A stretch of 62,973 nt of DNA, filler included, from Globobulimina sp. (GCA_003354225.1; 29 parts of 29 records of this genome joined end to end with filler, not necessarily neighbours in it); one strand, 5' to 3'; positions 11,556-25,045 are shown, counted from the whole stretch's first letter. Program-made: numbers and translations. The notes: generated by a model not told the origin, from the sequence alone.

Positions 11556-12957
11556 TTACCATTCTTTCAAACCACACAATTTTGCAGTTCTATCATTCAT
11601 AGCACCCATTATTTTATGAATATCAACATCATCTTTATATTTCTCCATTTGTTGTTGTACACAACGCCGATCTCTTTGAATATATTTTGTTTCAGAGGGT
11701 ATCATTCGAATATACTGAGACAATCTCATCCTATTACTCATATTCTTCGTATTTGCGTGTAACTGCCCAAAATCCCATATCACCATTTCACCTTTGCGCA
11801 GTGGTATGGCTTGCATATATTTTAGTAATTCATCATTAAAATCTATATTATGTTTAAACGGATTTAGATTTTCTTTTTTATTTTTCGCACACCATTTATC
11901 CAAAAAATTTACACCGCCTGGCAACGTTAAATGGGTTCCATCTTCAAACCGTTGCTCTGATAATGCCAATGCGCCCTGATATAAATTCCTATAATCCCCA
12001 GACTTCAAATGTTCACAATAAGTCCACGGATTTATATCCCAATGCGGCCGCAAATTACGTCGCCATTTGATCTGTTCTTGGCAATTTAATATCTTTTGAT
12101 TCGTTTCTGGATCGATCCAATTCTTTAAATCTTTTGTACCTCTCTGGATTCCCCAGTTTTCAATGGTTATATTTAGGTTATTTTGGCCAAAGATGGTGCG
12201 CCAAATGCGGTACATTTTGGAGCGACATCGATTTTTAAACGCTTGTTTGCAAAATGCCGGTCTGTCGGTTAGAAACTTACCAAATGGCGACGGGAAATTA
12301 AAGCTATTCCATGTAAATGGGTTATTTATATCCGCTTTGTATATTTTCCTATCATTATACTTTTGTAATTCTAATGTCCGATAATACAATTCATCAAACA
12401 TGGCATTTATTGTTTTGTTTGCTTGCTTTGCAGTTAATACTTTTAATACCACCAAACCATAATCATCTAAACATTTCATCCATTTCTCACAATCATTCAC
12501 TTCAAACGATTGCACAAAACAATCATTGGTGACTGGATAACGAGGAAATAATTTATTTACAATTGCGCTCTCAACAAATATCCATCTGGGACGCGGTCTA
12601 TATTTATCTATTTTTTTCTCATTATTTTCCCGCTGAAGCTTGCTTTCTTGCTGATTGTGCAAAATTTGTTGGGTTTGGGCCAGTATATTATCCAAATAAT
12701 TTTCATTTTGTTTACATTTTAATATCATGGCAGGAGGTAATAAATTCTTATCTGTATTGCTAAATAATTCACTCGCAAATCGGACAGGAACCAAATCAGT
12801 ATACGACATCCCCCAAAATGCGGATCGTTTAGCAATGTCAATATACGATGGTTGCACATTGGCCATACCATTTAAAACCGATTCAATTCCTCCATATATA
12901 TGCTGGACGAATACCCATTCATTGGCTAATACCACTATTGGTCGAATACCTGCATTT
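11556..12957 (-). CDS. PhyH-like Fe(II)/2-oxoglutarate dioxygenase with an N-terminal TPP-enzyme-like segment (5'-truncated)
   Basis: DDYGLVVL, PHWDINPW (HxD), YQGALAL, GEMVIWD..QLHAN, R.SQYI. The N-terminus NAGIRPIVVLAN..YGGIESVLNG..SYIDI..W..Y resembles the TPP_enzyme_C region. Confidence 0.75.
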
Positions 12958-13057
12958 NNNNNNNNNNNNNNNNNNNNNNNNNNNNNNNNNNNNNNNNNNN
13001 NTTAATTAATTAANNNNNNNNNNNNNNNNNNNNNNNNNNNNNNNNNNNNNNNNNNNN

Positions 13058-15133
13058 TTGCGCATAATTTGTCAATAATGCCTTTTTTATCACATAATGT
13101 GGAATAAAATGATTTTATATGTTTACGTATCATTTTATTATATTCTTCTCTTTGCTCATCACTTAATCGGAAATAATAAACCAATGCTAAAGCTTCGATC
13201 AATGACGTTTCAAAGTTGTCCGATCGTTTAAATTTCCATACAAACATTTTTAAACAGCGTGCAATGTCACGCAATGACACGAAAGCAGAATCTCGTAAGC
13301 ATTTACGTACAAATGCTTGAGAGGTAACAATACAATCTGATAATCTTTGGATTTGGCTGTCTTTTCTAAATCCATTCAATACTTTCATTGTAAACGTCTG
13401 TGTCATCTGAAAAGCATACGCTTCCTCGTCATTCTGTGATAAACTGCCAAACATCCATACATATTCCTATTTAGTTTATATTTTCAAAATATGTCTATAA
13501 ATCATGTTTATTTTATAGCATACCTTCATTGTGCTGGGTAACGGATATACGCGGTACATATATTGCGCCAATGGATCATTTTGTATTATACCTTTTGCTA
13601 AATGATCAATATTACGTTTTCTGTACGGATTGCAAGCGGCGATAACCTATTTTTCGGTGTATAATTATATAAAAGTGGTCGCTGTTAAAATATAAAAAAA
13701 AATACAAAACTTTCATGTTTGACGGCAGTGGTTTCCCATCAAAATATCCATCACATAATATCTCTTTAAAATATCCAATATCCGCAGAGGTATTAATTTC
13801 ATCTAAAAATATCCATAAATCACTACTTTTTTTCATACGATATTGTTCTAATTCTTGTTTAATAATAATATCCCGTTCAATTGTATTGTCCATCAATCCC
13901 GACGATTGCGCTAAGCGTATACTTAATGCTTCATCTTCTTGTTCAATTTTGCTGTATGCTTTTTTGATCCATTCGGTCATTTTAAGTCTTATATGCTTTG
14001 CAGTAAAGCCGCCGTGAACATCAGCACGCTCAATCTCAATATCTGCTGCTTTTGCCAAATAATTCAGCAAACTGGTCTTGCCGCAGCCAGTCTCACCCAT
14101 TAATATAACAGGAATATTGGCTTTGACCCGGAAATAAATCGCAATCATTTTCAACATATTATCATAAGTCAACGCATAATCACAATACGGCTTATTCGAC
14201 AATAATTGATATAACACCATCTCATCTCTCGTACCCAATATCTTTAGCAATAATTGGATTTTCTGTTGCTTTGATTCATGTTTATTTTGCTGTTTCCAGC
14301 CCAACAGATCAAACCCCTGGAACTCCAACGCACCTTTTAGTGTCACATCCATTTTATTCACATCTGACACTAAAAACGATATCGAACCATCAACGGACTG
14401 ATTCAATAACACAATGGGCTTTGATTTCGATTGCCATTTTCTACATAAATGAAAATTTTCTCTCCCAGAGGCCTCATCGCCATCATATTTCGCATCATTG
14501 TCTTTAATTTCGTATAATTTTTTGCTAAAATCCTCTGCTAAATCAATAATGGATTCGGTGACCAAATGTTTCCATTCTGTAAACTGTTGCTGTCCGTTAT
14601 TATTGTCATAATTTGCCGCAGCATCATTGTACCATTCATTCCTAATCAATGTGGAGGCCACAACCTGTTGGAACTGAGTGTATAAGTACTCCCAAAATGC
14701 TTTCTGATGAATGGGCAATGCACGTTTTAATTGAGGGAATCGTGACTTCGCAAGAGATTTGATCTCATATTCAGGCATATCATGATATTGAGGGTCGGGG
14801 TCAGCTCTTTTTAACTGACCGTCATAAAAATATTGACAAAATCTCGCAGCATATTGACAGTTTTTACCGAACATAAATTCATTTGTTTTGTTATTGACAG
14901 TCACGTTATTTGTATATTTTAATGGTTTATAAAATAAATAAAATTCATCTTCGAGTTTAATATTTTTTTTCTTCGCATTTAGCGCTGCCAAATTGGATGG
15001 TAACTCCACTAAAAATGTCATATCGTTGGTGACACTGAAACATTTATTTTTGTTTCTATTTTGAATGTAGCCCAAAAATAGTAAATTGAATAAAGCGAAT
15101 TTGATTTCCTGTGAGGTGGAGGATGATATATCA
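13058..15133 (-). CDS. RNF213/mysterin-like AAA+ ATPase (internal fragment, two introns ~13469-13522 and ~13647-13711)
   Basis: YALTYDNMLKMIAI..RVKANIPVILMGETGCGKT, WIFLDEINT, spliced VIAACNPYR, YRVYPLP, FVSLRD. Confidence 0.9.
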
Positions 15134-15233
15134 NNNNNNNNNNNNNNNNNNNNNNNNNNNNNNNNNNNNNNNNNNNNTTAATTAATTAANNNNNNNNNNN
15201 NNNNNNNNNNNNNNNNNNNNNNNNNNNNNNNNN

Positions 15234-16675
15234 TTGGGATGAAATTATGAAAAGATTGGTCATTCCAAGGCGTTGTATGTATGGCATGGTTTAAGTATGC
15301 GTCTGCTGACAATAAATCAAATGTTGCCTTCACTTCTTTCAGCAATGGGAAGTCCAATGCGTCCCTCACTTTGATAGCACAGTTAAAAGCGTGGTTATAC
15401 GGCAGATTGATCAGTGGAATGTGTTTCTTTTTGCCGTTCTTCTTTCCTTCGACTTCATTCTCTGATGCTTTGCCTTCGCACTGCTCTCCAATTCCATTAA
15501 TTGATTGCAGCGCTTCTTGTGCCCGTTGCATTGCTGACAAATCATCAGAGTGAATATGCGAAGCAAAGGAAGTGTTTCCAGCATAAAATGTGGGGATTAC
15601 ACCATATCCCAATGTTAAATGATAAACTTCACGGTTTGCTTCATTTGATTTGCATTTTAAATCTGTCATTGCTGCTTCGCTCCAACCGTGAAACTTGCCG
15701 CGTATTTTAAGTAATTCGTTATGAAAACTCAAATCCACACTACATATAAAATTAGAAAATTAATAATTAAAAAACAGTGTAGAATATAAATATAAATTTA
15801 ATATAAGCAAACCGATGGTACCAACAACCAAACCGATGAATTTGTAATATCTTTGTGCCTGACACTAATTTTCGATGATATGGAGAAAGAGTGGCCAATT
15901 TCATCAAATCTCGCAATGATAAGTATGCGATGATTAATCGTTCAACATCGTCATACAAAAAGGCCCACATATTTTTACTACATTTCTTCACCAACGCCAT
16001 TTCTTTCTTTTTTTGTGCATATTCTCTCTTTTTGAACCTGCGTTGCTTTCCTTTTGTTGGTCGATGAGCACTTAGCGGCGGATATGGAGCAGCGTAGGAA
16101 TGGCCACATTTAATGCATGCAAATTCTTGCGATTCCAACTTCATTCCCTTTTTGCCCCGCATTTGTTTGCCAGTGTGATACGATGATTTGCTTTCATATA
16201 AAAAGGAGGATAATTGCAGCAAGACAGAGGTGACCGAATAGGCAGCGCTCCATCCGTGATATGAGCCAGTTACAACTTGTTTGTCGCGAGCAATGCCAGA
16301 GTCATATCTGCCAATCATATCCAGACAGATCCAATAATGTTGTTTATCTCGCACCCATTTCCAGTGTCTATTCCAATGCCAATAATACTCTGCAAATACG
16401 TTTGGATGCGGCAAAAACGAGCAAACGCGAATGGTCGGTGGCTGTCTGGGATAATCGGCCGGGAAGGTTGCTATTAAATGGATTATTATGTTTTTTAAGA
16501 CACCCGAGGTTGCATTCATATTAATGTGCCATTCGAAGATGTTTTCTTGCATTGGCGCCGCTGTTATCATTGGACATTCATCACTGTATTGGTTCCATTC
16601 GATTATGTCTCGCAACATCCGTTTACGTGCATTTTTACTTGGATCTGGCGGTGTTGCTTCAAACGCAAAATCCAT
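15234..16675 (-). CDS. Ubiquitin-conjugating (E2/UBC) domain + F-box-like segment + uncharacterised C-terminal domain (3'-truncated, intron ~15740-15810)
   Basis: KRMLRD, NIFEWH, FPADYPRQPP, HPNVF, ICLDM (catalytic Cys), GWSAAYSVTSVLLQL. Then LYDDVERLIIAYLSLRDL, and later TLGYGV...FDLLS...FIP. Confidence 0.85.
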
Positions 16676-16879
16676 CACTTATTATAACTGAGTGCAAACA
16701 AAGAAATGTGGTGCTTATGTTGGGTTTGACACTGAAGTTACTTCGAAAATCTTATTGTGGTTTGATTACTTCATACTCTTCAAAACAGTGGAGATGGATC
16801 ACAAAATTCAAAACACTGTTTTTTATATTACATAATATTCTGATATATATAATTATATATATATATCAATTTGTGTCAT

Positions 16880-17309
16880 TCATTCACTGATTGTATCATC
16901 ACCGATTATCTCCTGATCATCTTCAGAATTTACATTCAAATACGATTGAACATTTTCATTTCCTTCATTCATTTGATTATCACAATTTCCTTCAGTTGTA
17001 CTGCCTGTCCCTGTTGGTTTATGTTGCGACTCATCACTCGCAGAATAATCATCTGTGTTTGCAAAACCCGGAACTGTTATTACAACACAATCATCCTCAA
17101 CAATATGTACTTTATTGCCATCAGCATCAGTGTTACTTATATGTGCCATCATAATCTCATTTTTCGTCTGTTTATGGCTAATAATCACTGTATTTTTTAC
17201 TCTCAATTTGGATGCATTTGTTTGGTACTCGATATTATTAATTACGGGAACACCATTTAATTCCCAATGTTTCTGTAATATGGATGCGATTTTTCCATTG
17301 TTTTGAGCG
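16880..17309 (-). CDS. Unknown protein, acidic C-terminal fragment
   Basis: Open frame from near the contig edge to the stop at 16880. No recognisable motif. Confidence 0.4.
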
Positions 17310-17434
17310 NNNNNNNNNNNNNNNNNNNNNNNNNNNNNNNNNNNNNNNNNNNNTTAATTAATTAANNNNNNNNNNNNNNNNNNNNNNNNNNNNNNNNNNN
17401 NNNNNNNNNAAAACCCCAATTATACAAACTTTAA

Positions 17435-19484
17435 TCAAAAACCAATGAAACACATACAAACAACCAACCAAATAACAACAAACCAAAAAAAAGAGAGAAG
17501 ATAACGACAATAAAATCGACACAATTCAATACTTCCATCATCAAATGCACTCAAACATTCATTAATGATTTATATGCAAACAAAGTATCGGAATTAACAA
17601 AAACACCAACTTCGTGTAAACAACTCCTGGCCAAAAAGAATTTAAATATCAAAGATTGTTATGCATCGAATGCGAATTGGACCGTTTCTGATGGCGTCAG
17701 AGAGCTCATTCAGAATTTTTATGATGGCTGCAAACAATCAAATAAATCCAAAACATTCCCTTCTTTTCATATTCAACCTGTATTACATGGCAGAATGATG
17801 CATTATTATGTTTTCAGACATAAATATGACAAACAATTTAATATTAAATCAAACGATGAAAATATTTTAATCGGAGAAATTGCATTGAAACAAAAAGAAA
17901 GCAAAGAAAGCAAATTGAAAACGAATAGTTTAATACTTAAAAATTATGGAACGGCCTTAGATAAATCATGTTTAGTTTTGGGAGAAACATCAAAAGCGAC
18001 AGAAAAAGAATTGATTGGTCGATTTGGCGAAGGATTAAAAATGGCAGCAAATATTTTATTATTTCATAAAATTGAGCTTGGGATAAATACAAATGGAAAG
18101 AATTGGATTTTTAAAGTTGATGAAGCAAAGCAATTATATGTCACTTCCCGCACAAAAAATAAAGATAATCCAAATCAAATAATTACAACCATTAAAAATG
18201 TGCGCTTTAAATCTATCAATTTAGACAATAAAAATGTAAATATATTGGCAGATGCACACAATTATTTATTTTTAATGTGCGCAAATGAACAAATTGAGAT
18301 AAAAAATAAAAATATTGATGGCAATATATTGTTAAACCCGTTATATAAAAATAAGATATTTTCAGATGGAATATATATTGCTACCAATTCTGATTCAATT
18401 CGAGGTGGATACAATATCAATGGGAATGCTTTGCGATTGAATAGAGATCGCAGATTAAATCAGGATGCAACCGGTATATTACAGACAATGATTCCAAGAT
18501 TGTGGAAATATGCAATATTAAAAGATGCAACCAATGCAAAAGTATGTGTTTTTTTTTGTTTTTTTACATTAATTTTACTCAGATTGTCGAAAAAGATATA
18601 TTTAGAGTTAATTGATTATGCAAAATTTATGAATAGCTCAGAACCCTTAGAATTACCATATTATAATAGGGATTTACAAAATGCCAAAGTTGCAGCAATA
18701 TTATGGCCAGCATATAAGAAATATTTGGGGCAAAACCAATTACAAAGACAAAAAAATGGCACTCATTTGCCATATTTTGTGATTTCAAGTTTTGGTGCGA
18801 ATAAAGATCATGATATTGTTACAAATGAATTATTACGGACACCACATGTAGTTCACCATAGTTTATATGGTATATTTCGTAAAAATCCACGATTTGAAAC
18901 AGTTGAGATCGCGTTTAAGAAACAATTGAATGCATTAAAAGAGTCACCATCAGCTCCGTTAACAAGAGAAGAAGAAATAATTAGCAACGAATTCATAGAA
19001 AAAATCAAATCAATTTATCCGAAATTATCCGACTATAAATTTACATTTAAATCCACACAAACGAGGTCGAGGATAAATTGCATAATACACGGAAAGACAA
19101 TAATTTTTAGTAGAAACGTTTTGGTTCATACACCAAATTCAAATAAATTATTTTCAGAGTTATGTGGCTATATTCGGCACGAATTAAATGCAAATGGAGT
19201 GATATTAAATGAACAATTCGACTCACAATTGTTTGCTGCATTTGATAGCAAATATAATGAAGCTAAACATTTAAAGACGCAATATAATAATTTGAAGATG
19301 CTATTAAAAGCACAAAGTGAGGAGAAAGAGAGGGAGAATGATAGTGATAGTCATAAATTTGACGGAGGAAATAATGGATCTGAGGGACGAGAGGTTGTTC
19401 AAGAAAAAAAAGCAAGAAATGAGAAAAAAAGAAAGCGTGAAAAGGAGGATGAAAAAACAGAAAATAAAATAAAGACTGAAAACG
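17435..19484 (+). CDS. GHKL-type ATPase domain protein (prokaryote/phage-like subfamily; both ends incomplete)
   Basis: The frame is open from 17435, upstream of the listed ORF: WTVSDGVRELIQNFYDG (N-box), LKNYG, LVLGETSK, IGRFGEGLKMA (G boxes), GYN...LNRDR. Probable intron starting GTATGT at 18542. Confidence 0.8.
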
Positions 19485-20091
19485 NNNNNNNNNNNNNNNN
19501 NNNNNNNNNNNNNNNNNNNNNNNNNNNNTTAATTAATTAANNNNNNNNNNNNNNNNNNNNNNNNNNNNNNNNNNNNNNNNNNNNTTTTTCTGATTCTGAT
19601 GATAGCACTGATTCGGATGAGAATGATGATGAGGAAAAGGATCACAAATATACAACACCTGGAGGGAATTGATTATGTATATAATTTATTTGTGTACAAA
19701 TATGTATGTTTTTTTTATTGCCTTTTTTTTGTTTTTGACCAATTATTAAATTATTTTATAGTACGTCCAAGTGAGGCTTTAACAAAAATAAAATATATAC
19801 AGCAGTATAGGATTTCTACCTATCATGGGATGGGTGGGAACCAATTTGGCCTCCATAGATATCCTGTGCATATTCATACTTTTTCTTTTTTTTTATTTTT
19901 GTTTTAATTTTATCGAGTTAGAATCGTACTGTTTCTGTGGAAAGAGTTTGTTTTTGTTGTAGATATTCAGAGCTATTTGTGTATGATCGACTGTTTATTT
20001 ACGATGTATGCCGCAAACAAAAAGATTTATTTAAGTTGTTTTTGATCTTACTTTGTTTGAACATGGATTGAAAAGGTAAATTGTTACGGTT

Positions 20092-21659
20092 ATGAATAAA
20101 GAAAATATCGCCCCATTAGGAGAAAAGGCAAAACATGAATGTACTATCAATGTAGATATCAATGGGTTTAATTTATTACTATCCGCACGTTCAAACCCAC
20201 CAATAGCAGAAGATTTATTTCATGCAATGTTTTTTGATGAAGAATTAAAAAAAGCACCTACTCATTGCAGGCAACAAAGATGGAATAAACGAAGAATACA
20301 AAAACGATGGAATTGGAAAAGAGGCTGCGAGCGGGAAATATATGAAAAGCGTGCGGAATATTTAAGAAATAAATGGCTTGAAATGAAGAAAGATCTTAAA
20401 TCAAACAACAATAAATTTTTAAGTCAAGAATTTTTAGACAAAAACAGAAATTTAAAATTAAATTGTAATGATATCGATGATGATAATGGCAAATCAACAA
20501 CAAATTCACTGTCAGAGAATGAAGGCCGTGATGAAAATACAAAGGAAGAGCGAATAGTTAAAGTTGTAGAATTTAAGAGAGATAAAATAATGTCGAAAAT
20601 TGAAGGCAAACGGAAACATAGTCGACGAAGAGAGAAATTAATCGAAAAAATAGCAAATGGTGAGACGTTTGAAAATTTTATAGATCATGAAAAATTTAAC
20701 AATATCCATAATAAAAAAGATAATTTATTATTTGGCGGCAATCATTATACAAAAAAAGCAAAATCGAAAAAATCGAAGAAAAACAAAACAAAATCAATGA
20801 AATTGTCTGATTTTGTGGAGGCGGCCAAACAATTATCAAATCCGAAGAAAGTGCGTAAGAAAAAGAACAAGAAAAGCAAAAAAAGTAAAAATGATATAAA
20901 TTCATTAGATGCTATTCAAGCGGAACAAAAAAAAGTGTTTGAAGCGCTAACTCGAAAAAAAAGAGATGAAATTCATGGAATGGCCATGTTGCAAAATAAT
21001 AATGATTATTCATCCAAATTATGTCCAAATAAAATAAGAAGAAATGAAGAAAATAAGAATAAGAGTTTTGAAACAAATCCATTTAATCATGCAATGGCTA
21101 TTGTAAATTATGATCATTTGACATTTCGTAAAAAAATAATATCAGAAATATATAGCGGCTGTTCCGTATTTTCGTGCATTCCGTGTTGCGTTGAACCATC
21201 CAATACATTATTAATTGAGGCAGTATTTATTGAGAAGTTGTTATTAAATGGACCGTCACATTCGTCATTGTCGAAATTAAGCGGATTATTTGAATTAAAA
21301 AAAAGATTACAAAAACAATTTATCAACAAAACGATTGAAATCTTGCCAATATTCGAGAGATCATATATTAATAAACAGTGTCAGCAATTATTAGTGATAC
21401 AGTTCCAGGACGACTTAAATAAATCGAATAATATCGGCTTTGGCGACTCCAGCGATGCAATATTGTCGTTATATCATTGTTGGAAACAGCAAATATCCAA
21501 TAATACGAATAAAAAAAACAAAAATTGCATTCAATTACGAATTGAATTTGTAGAAACATGGTTTAGTAAATCGTATTTCTTGCAACATTCGCATTTATGG
21601 AGTGATATTGCATTGCATTCTATGATCACAGTGTATGACAATAATAGTAAATATATAGT
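20092..21659 (+). CDS. Lys-rich protein with a possible N-terminal HMG-box-like domain
   Basis: PPIAEDLF...IQKRW...EREIYEKRAEYLRNKW fits HMG-box spacing. The rest is unassigned. Confidence 0.45.
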
Positions 21660-21759
21660 NNNNNNNNNNNNNNNNNNNNNNNNNNNNNNNNNNNNNNNNN
21701 NNNTTAATTAATTAANNNNNNNNNNNNNNNNNNNNNNNNNNNNNNNNNNNNNNNNNNNN

Positions 21760-23834
21760 GGATATATCGACATCGATATCTGTATCACCGCCAACTTTAT
21801 CACCTACAAATTCATTGAAATATACTGCGCCAAATTCAGCTGATACAACACCAAAAAAATCATTTTGTTTTTCCTTACAATTTGATGGATCCATAGAAAC
21901 TGTGCAAGCATTAAGAAAACGTGTGATTGGGTTATCAGAAAAAATAGAATTTGAATTTCAATGTTTACGGTTGATTGCCATGGCAGAATTACGTGGCGCT
22001 ATTATCGCAACACAGAAATTCTTTTATTTAATACAAAATGACTCGATTTATGACGATGGAGACGACGAGAATAAAAATGATGAAATTGAACATTATAAAA
22101 TTGATTGGAATGATATTCAAAATATTAAACTCCGCAATTATATCCATCAAGAAATGGGAATCGAAATCATTGCACGAAGAGGAATCCATTTCTTTTTAAT
22201 TTTGCATAAAGAGCCGCGACGAAAATTGTACCAATTTATGTTACAAAAATGCAATTTGCGAGAATATGAATCATTGCATTTTAACGAAAGAATGAATTCT
22301 GGCTTCATATCCCATCATAAATGCATTTGTCAGAAATTGAATAAAAATAAATTTAAAAATAAAAAAAATGACGGATTGAAATGTATGGAGACGTTGTGGT
22401 GTGAAGGACTGATCAGTAATTTTGATTATTTATTGTATTTAAATGAATACTCAGGTCGCTCTTTTTTGGATGTAACGCAATATCCAATATTCCCATGGAT
22501 TTTATCTGAATATAACTCAGAAAGCATAGATTTATTAAGCGGCGATGAGCATAATATTTACAGGAATCTATCCCATCCAATGGGTGCTTTGAATGAGGAG
22601 CGATCACAAAAATACCAGGAACAATTTAATGAATGGGAAGGCAGAACGTATCATTATGGCACACATTACAGTAATCCAGCTGGAATATTCCATTATTTAT
22701 TACGTATCCATCCGTACACGCAACAACACGTAGAACTGCAAAATGGCAGATTCGATCATTCGAATCGACTGTTTCATGATATTGGTGAAATGTATTTACA
22801 TCAAAGTAAGAAATCGTTCCATGCAGTTCGTGAATTGTCACCCGAGTTTTTTTATTTTCCGCAGTTTTTAATAAATGGCGCAAAGTATAATTTTGGGACT
22901 CGAGAGCATGACGGCATACGTGTGGACAATGTCAATTTGCCAGAATGGTGCTATCAAAATAATGACATATTTATTGAAATGAATCGTTGTGCCTTAGAGT
23001 CAGAATATGTATCTTTAAATTTACACAAATGGATTGATTTAATATTTGGTTATAAACAACAAGGAAAATATGCGAAAGAATCGCAAAATTTATTTCATCC
23101 CTTAACATATTCGAGCGGTTTTCATATTAATTCCTATGATGATAATGTATTGAAACAAGCAGCCATTGAACAGGTCAGATCTTTTGGGCAAACACCGAAA
23201 CAAATATTGAATTATCCGCATCCCAAAAAAAATATTTTGTATGGAAACAATAATAAATTTGATAAATATCCGTCATGTAATATTATATATCATTGCTTTA
23301 ACAAATTATATCAAATTTGTGTGCAAATATATGATTTAAGCACTCGGCAATTTATTGAGATTAAAAATAATTATCAGCAACCAATCCATAATCTGAATAT
23401 GAATACGAATATTTGGTGTAATAAATTAAAAAATTCAATGCAATATATAGCTTTAGTGGGATATAAAAAAGTTATAAGTACACCAATCGTCGATTTTATT
23501 GTAAGATATAATGTTTGCGATAGCTCCATTCGAATAAAAAAACTCGTGATTGGCTCCGGAGTACAACAAAAAGAACATATTTTACATGGTTTACATACAG
23601 ATATTATAACTTGTATCGCCGTATCAGATGATGGACAAACTGTAATTAGTGGAGGTTTGGATGGTTTGTTGCGAATTTGGGAAATACAATTTTATCAAGA
23701 AAAAAACACACAAAATAGCAATGACAATGATGATGGATATGAATGTGATGAGTTTGTAAATGAAAATAATAAATACAGTGAATTGATTAATATCGAATCG
23801 AATATATCATTGCGATTCGAATTGGTTGCTTCGA
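21760..23834 (+). CDS. PH-BEACH-WD40 protein (neurobeachin/LYST family, fragment)
   Basis: ISNFDYLLYLN.YSGRSF.D.TQYPIFPWIL, YRNLSHPMGA, YGTHYS, GRFDHSNRLF, ELSPEFFY, WIDLIFGYKQ, FGQTPKQ, then a WD repeat. Confidence 0.96.
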
Positions 23835-23934
23835 NNNNNNNNNNNNNNNNNNNNNNNNNNNNNNNNNNNNNNNNNNNNTTAATTAATTAANNNNNNNNNN
23901 NNNNNNNNNNNNNNNNNNNNNNNNNNNNNNNNNN

Positions 23935-24314
23935 ATCTGCATTGCAATATTTAATTGTACCAAGTCTTGGAATATCTTGCCTTTATTTAATAGGTTCCAG
24001 ATTCGAGTGCCTTGCGACGCATTATCGCCGTAGATCTGATTGTGTCCGGTTTCGTGTCCGATATCTCTGGAATCATTAATTCTTGTTTCATCTTCATATT
24101 TGAGTATATTTGATATGGCGCGATTGCAACGAGACAATTCATTCTCACTTATAAGGTTGTCAAATATTGCAAAGCCTGCACCATATTTTACTGCTTCTGC
24201 AGCGTCAGATATTGATAAATTGGTTATTGTTTCAAATGGAAATGCGTTTTTCTTTGTGGCTGTTGAAAATGATCTAACATTCAACAGTCTAGAAAGAGAG
24301 CGAATGCATGCCAT
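23935..24314 (-). CDS. PhyH-family dioxygenase N-terminus with a mitochondrial-like presequence
   Basis: MACIRSLSRLLNVRSFST presequence, GFAIFDNLIS, RIWNLLNKGKIFQDLV. Confidence 0.65.
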
Positions 24315-24409
24315 ATTAAAGAAAGTTTTGTTAAGTCTGGATCCGGTGAGCTTTTAAAATAACATCAAAAACTATAAATTGCACGCAACAAATAAGACAA
24401 TAATTCAAA

Positions 24410-25045
24410 CTATAAACTGGATTCCGTGGCAATACCATTAACAGTGAATGTTACGGTGCTATCATCAATGTATTCTTCACATTCGTCAGGATATATACGT
24501 ATTGTGCTATGCCTTGATATGGCACATGGTCCGCCAGTTTTTGTCCTATGAATTGTAATTGTTTGCGTTATATCTGAATCACAATGGCTCCGTGTGATTG
24601 CCACTGGATATCCGTTTTTCAATTCATTGCAGTTGGAAATGGATTTTGTCACTGTTTCTGCAGATTTTTCTCCGATTCCTTCTTTTAATGTCTTCTGTGC
24701 AGCAGCTAAAGCAGCAAATATTGTCGATCTCCTTCGATAGTCGTAAATGTTTGGTATCAATGAGGAGTCTTCACACTCTTCCTTTATTGGATGTATTTTC
24801 CATGATGGTTTATTCTCATTTTTATGGATGTCGCAATCGCCCAATCCACTCAACCTAAATACAAAGCTGTCACTCCATCCATTTCTGTGGCTGTCATACT
24901 TGTACAAATGCTCACCATCTGATAAACACTCGATATTTCCCATATTTCTATTTAAAATACAAAAACCTTTTGCTAGTAAAGTGGTGAGAAATTTGCCCTG
25001 AAACCATGCCTTATCATACTTATGAAAATCCGTTATTTGGTCGCA
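24410..25045 (-). CDS. Unknown protein (5' end collides with the desaturase)
   Basis: Open frame of >200 codons ending at 24410. No recognised motif. Confidence 0.5.
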   Translation of the reverse strand, partial: CDQITDFHKYDKAWFQGKFLTTLLAKGFCILNRNMGNIECLSDGEHLYKYDSHRNGWSDSFVFRLSGLGDCDIHKNENKPSWKIHPIKEECEDSSLIPNIYDYRRRSTIFAALAAAQKTLKEGIGEKSAETVTKSISNCNELKNGYPVAITRSHCDSDITQTITIHRTKTGGPCAISRHSTIRIYPDECEEYIDDSTVTFTVNGIATESSL

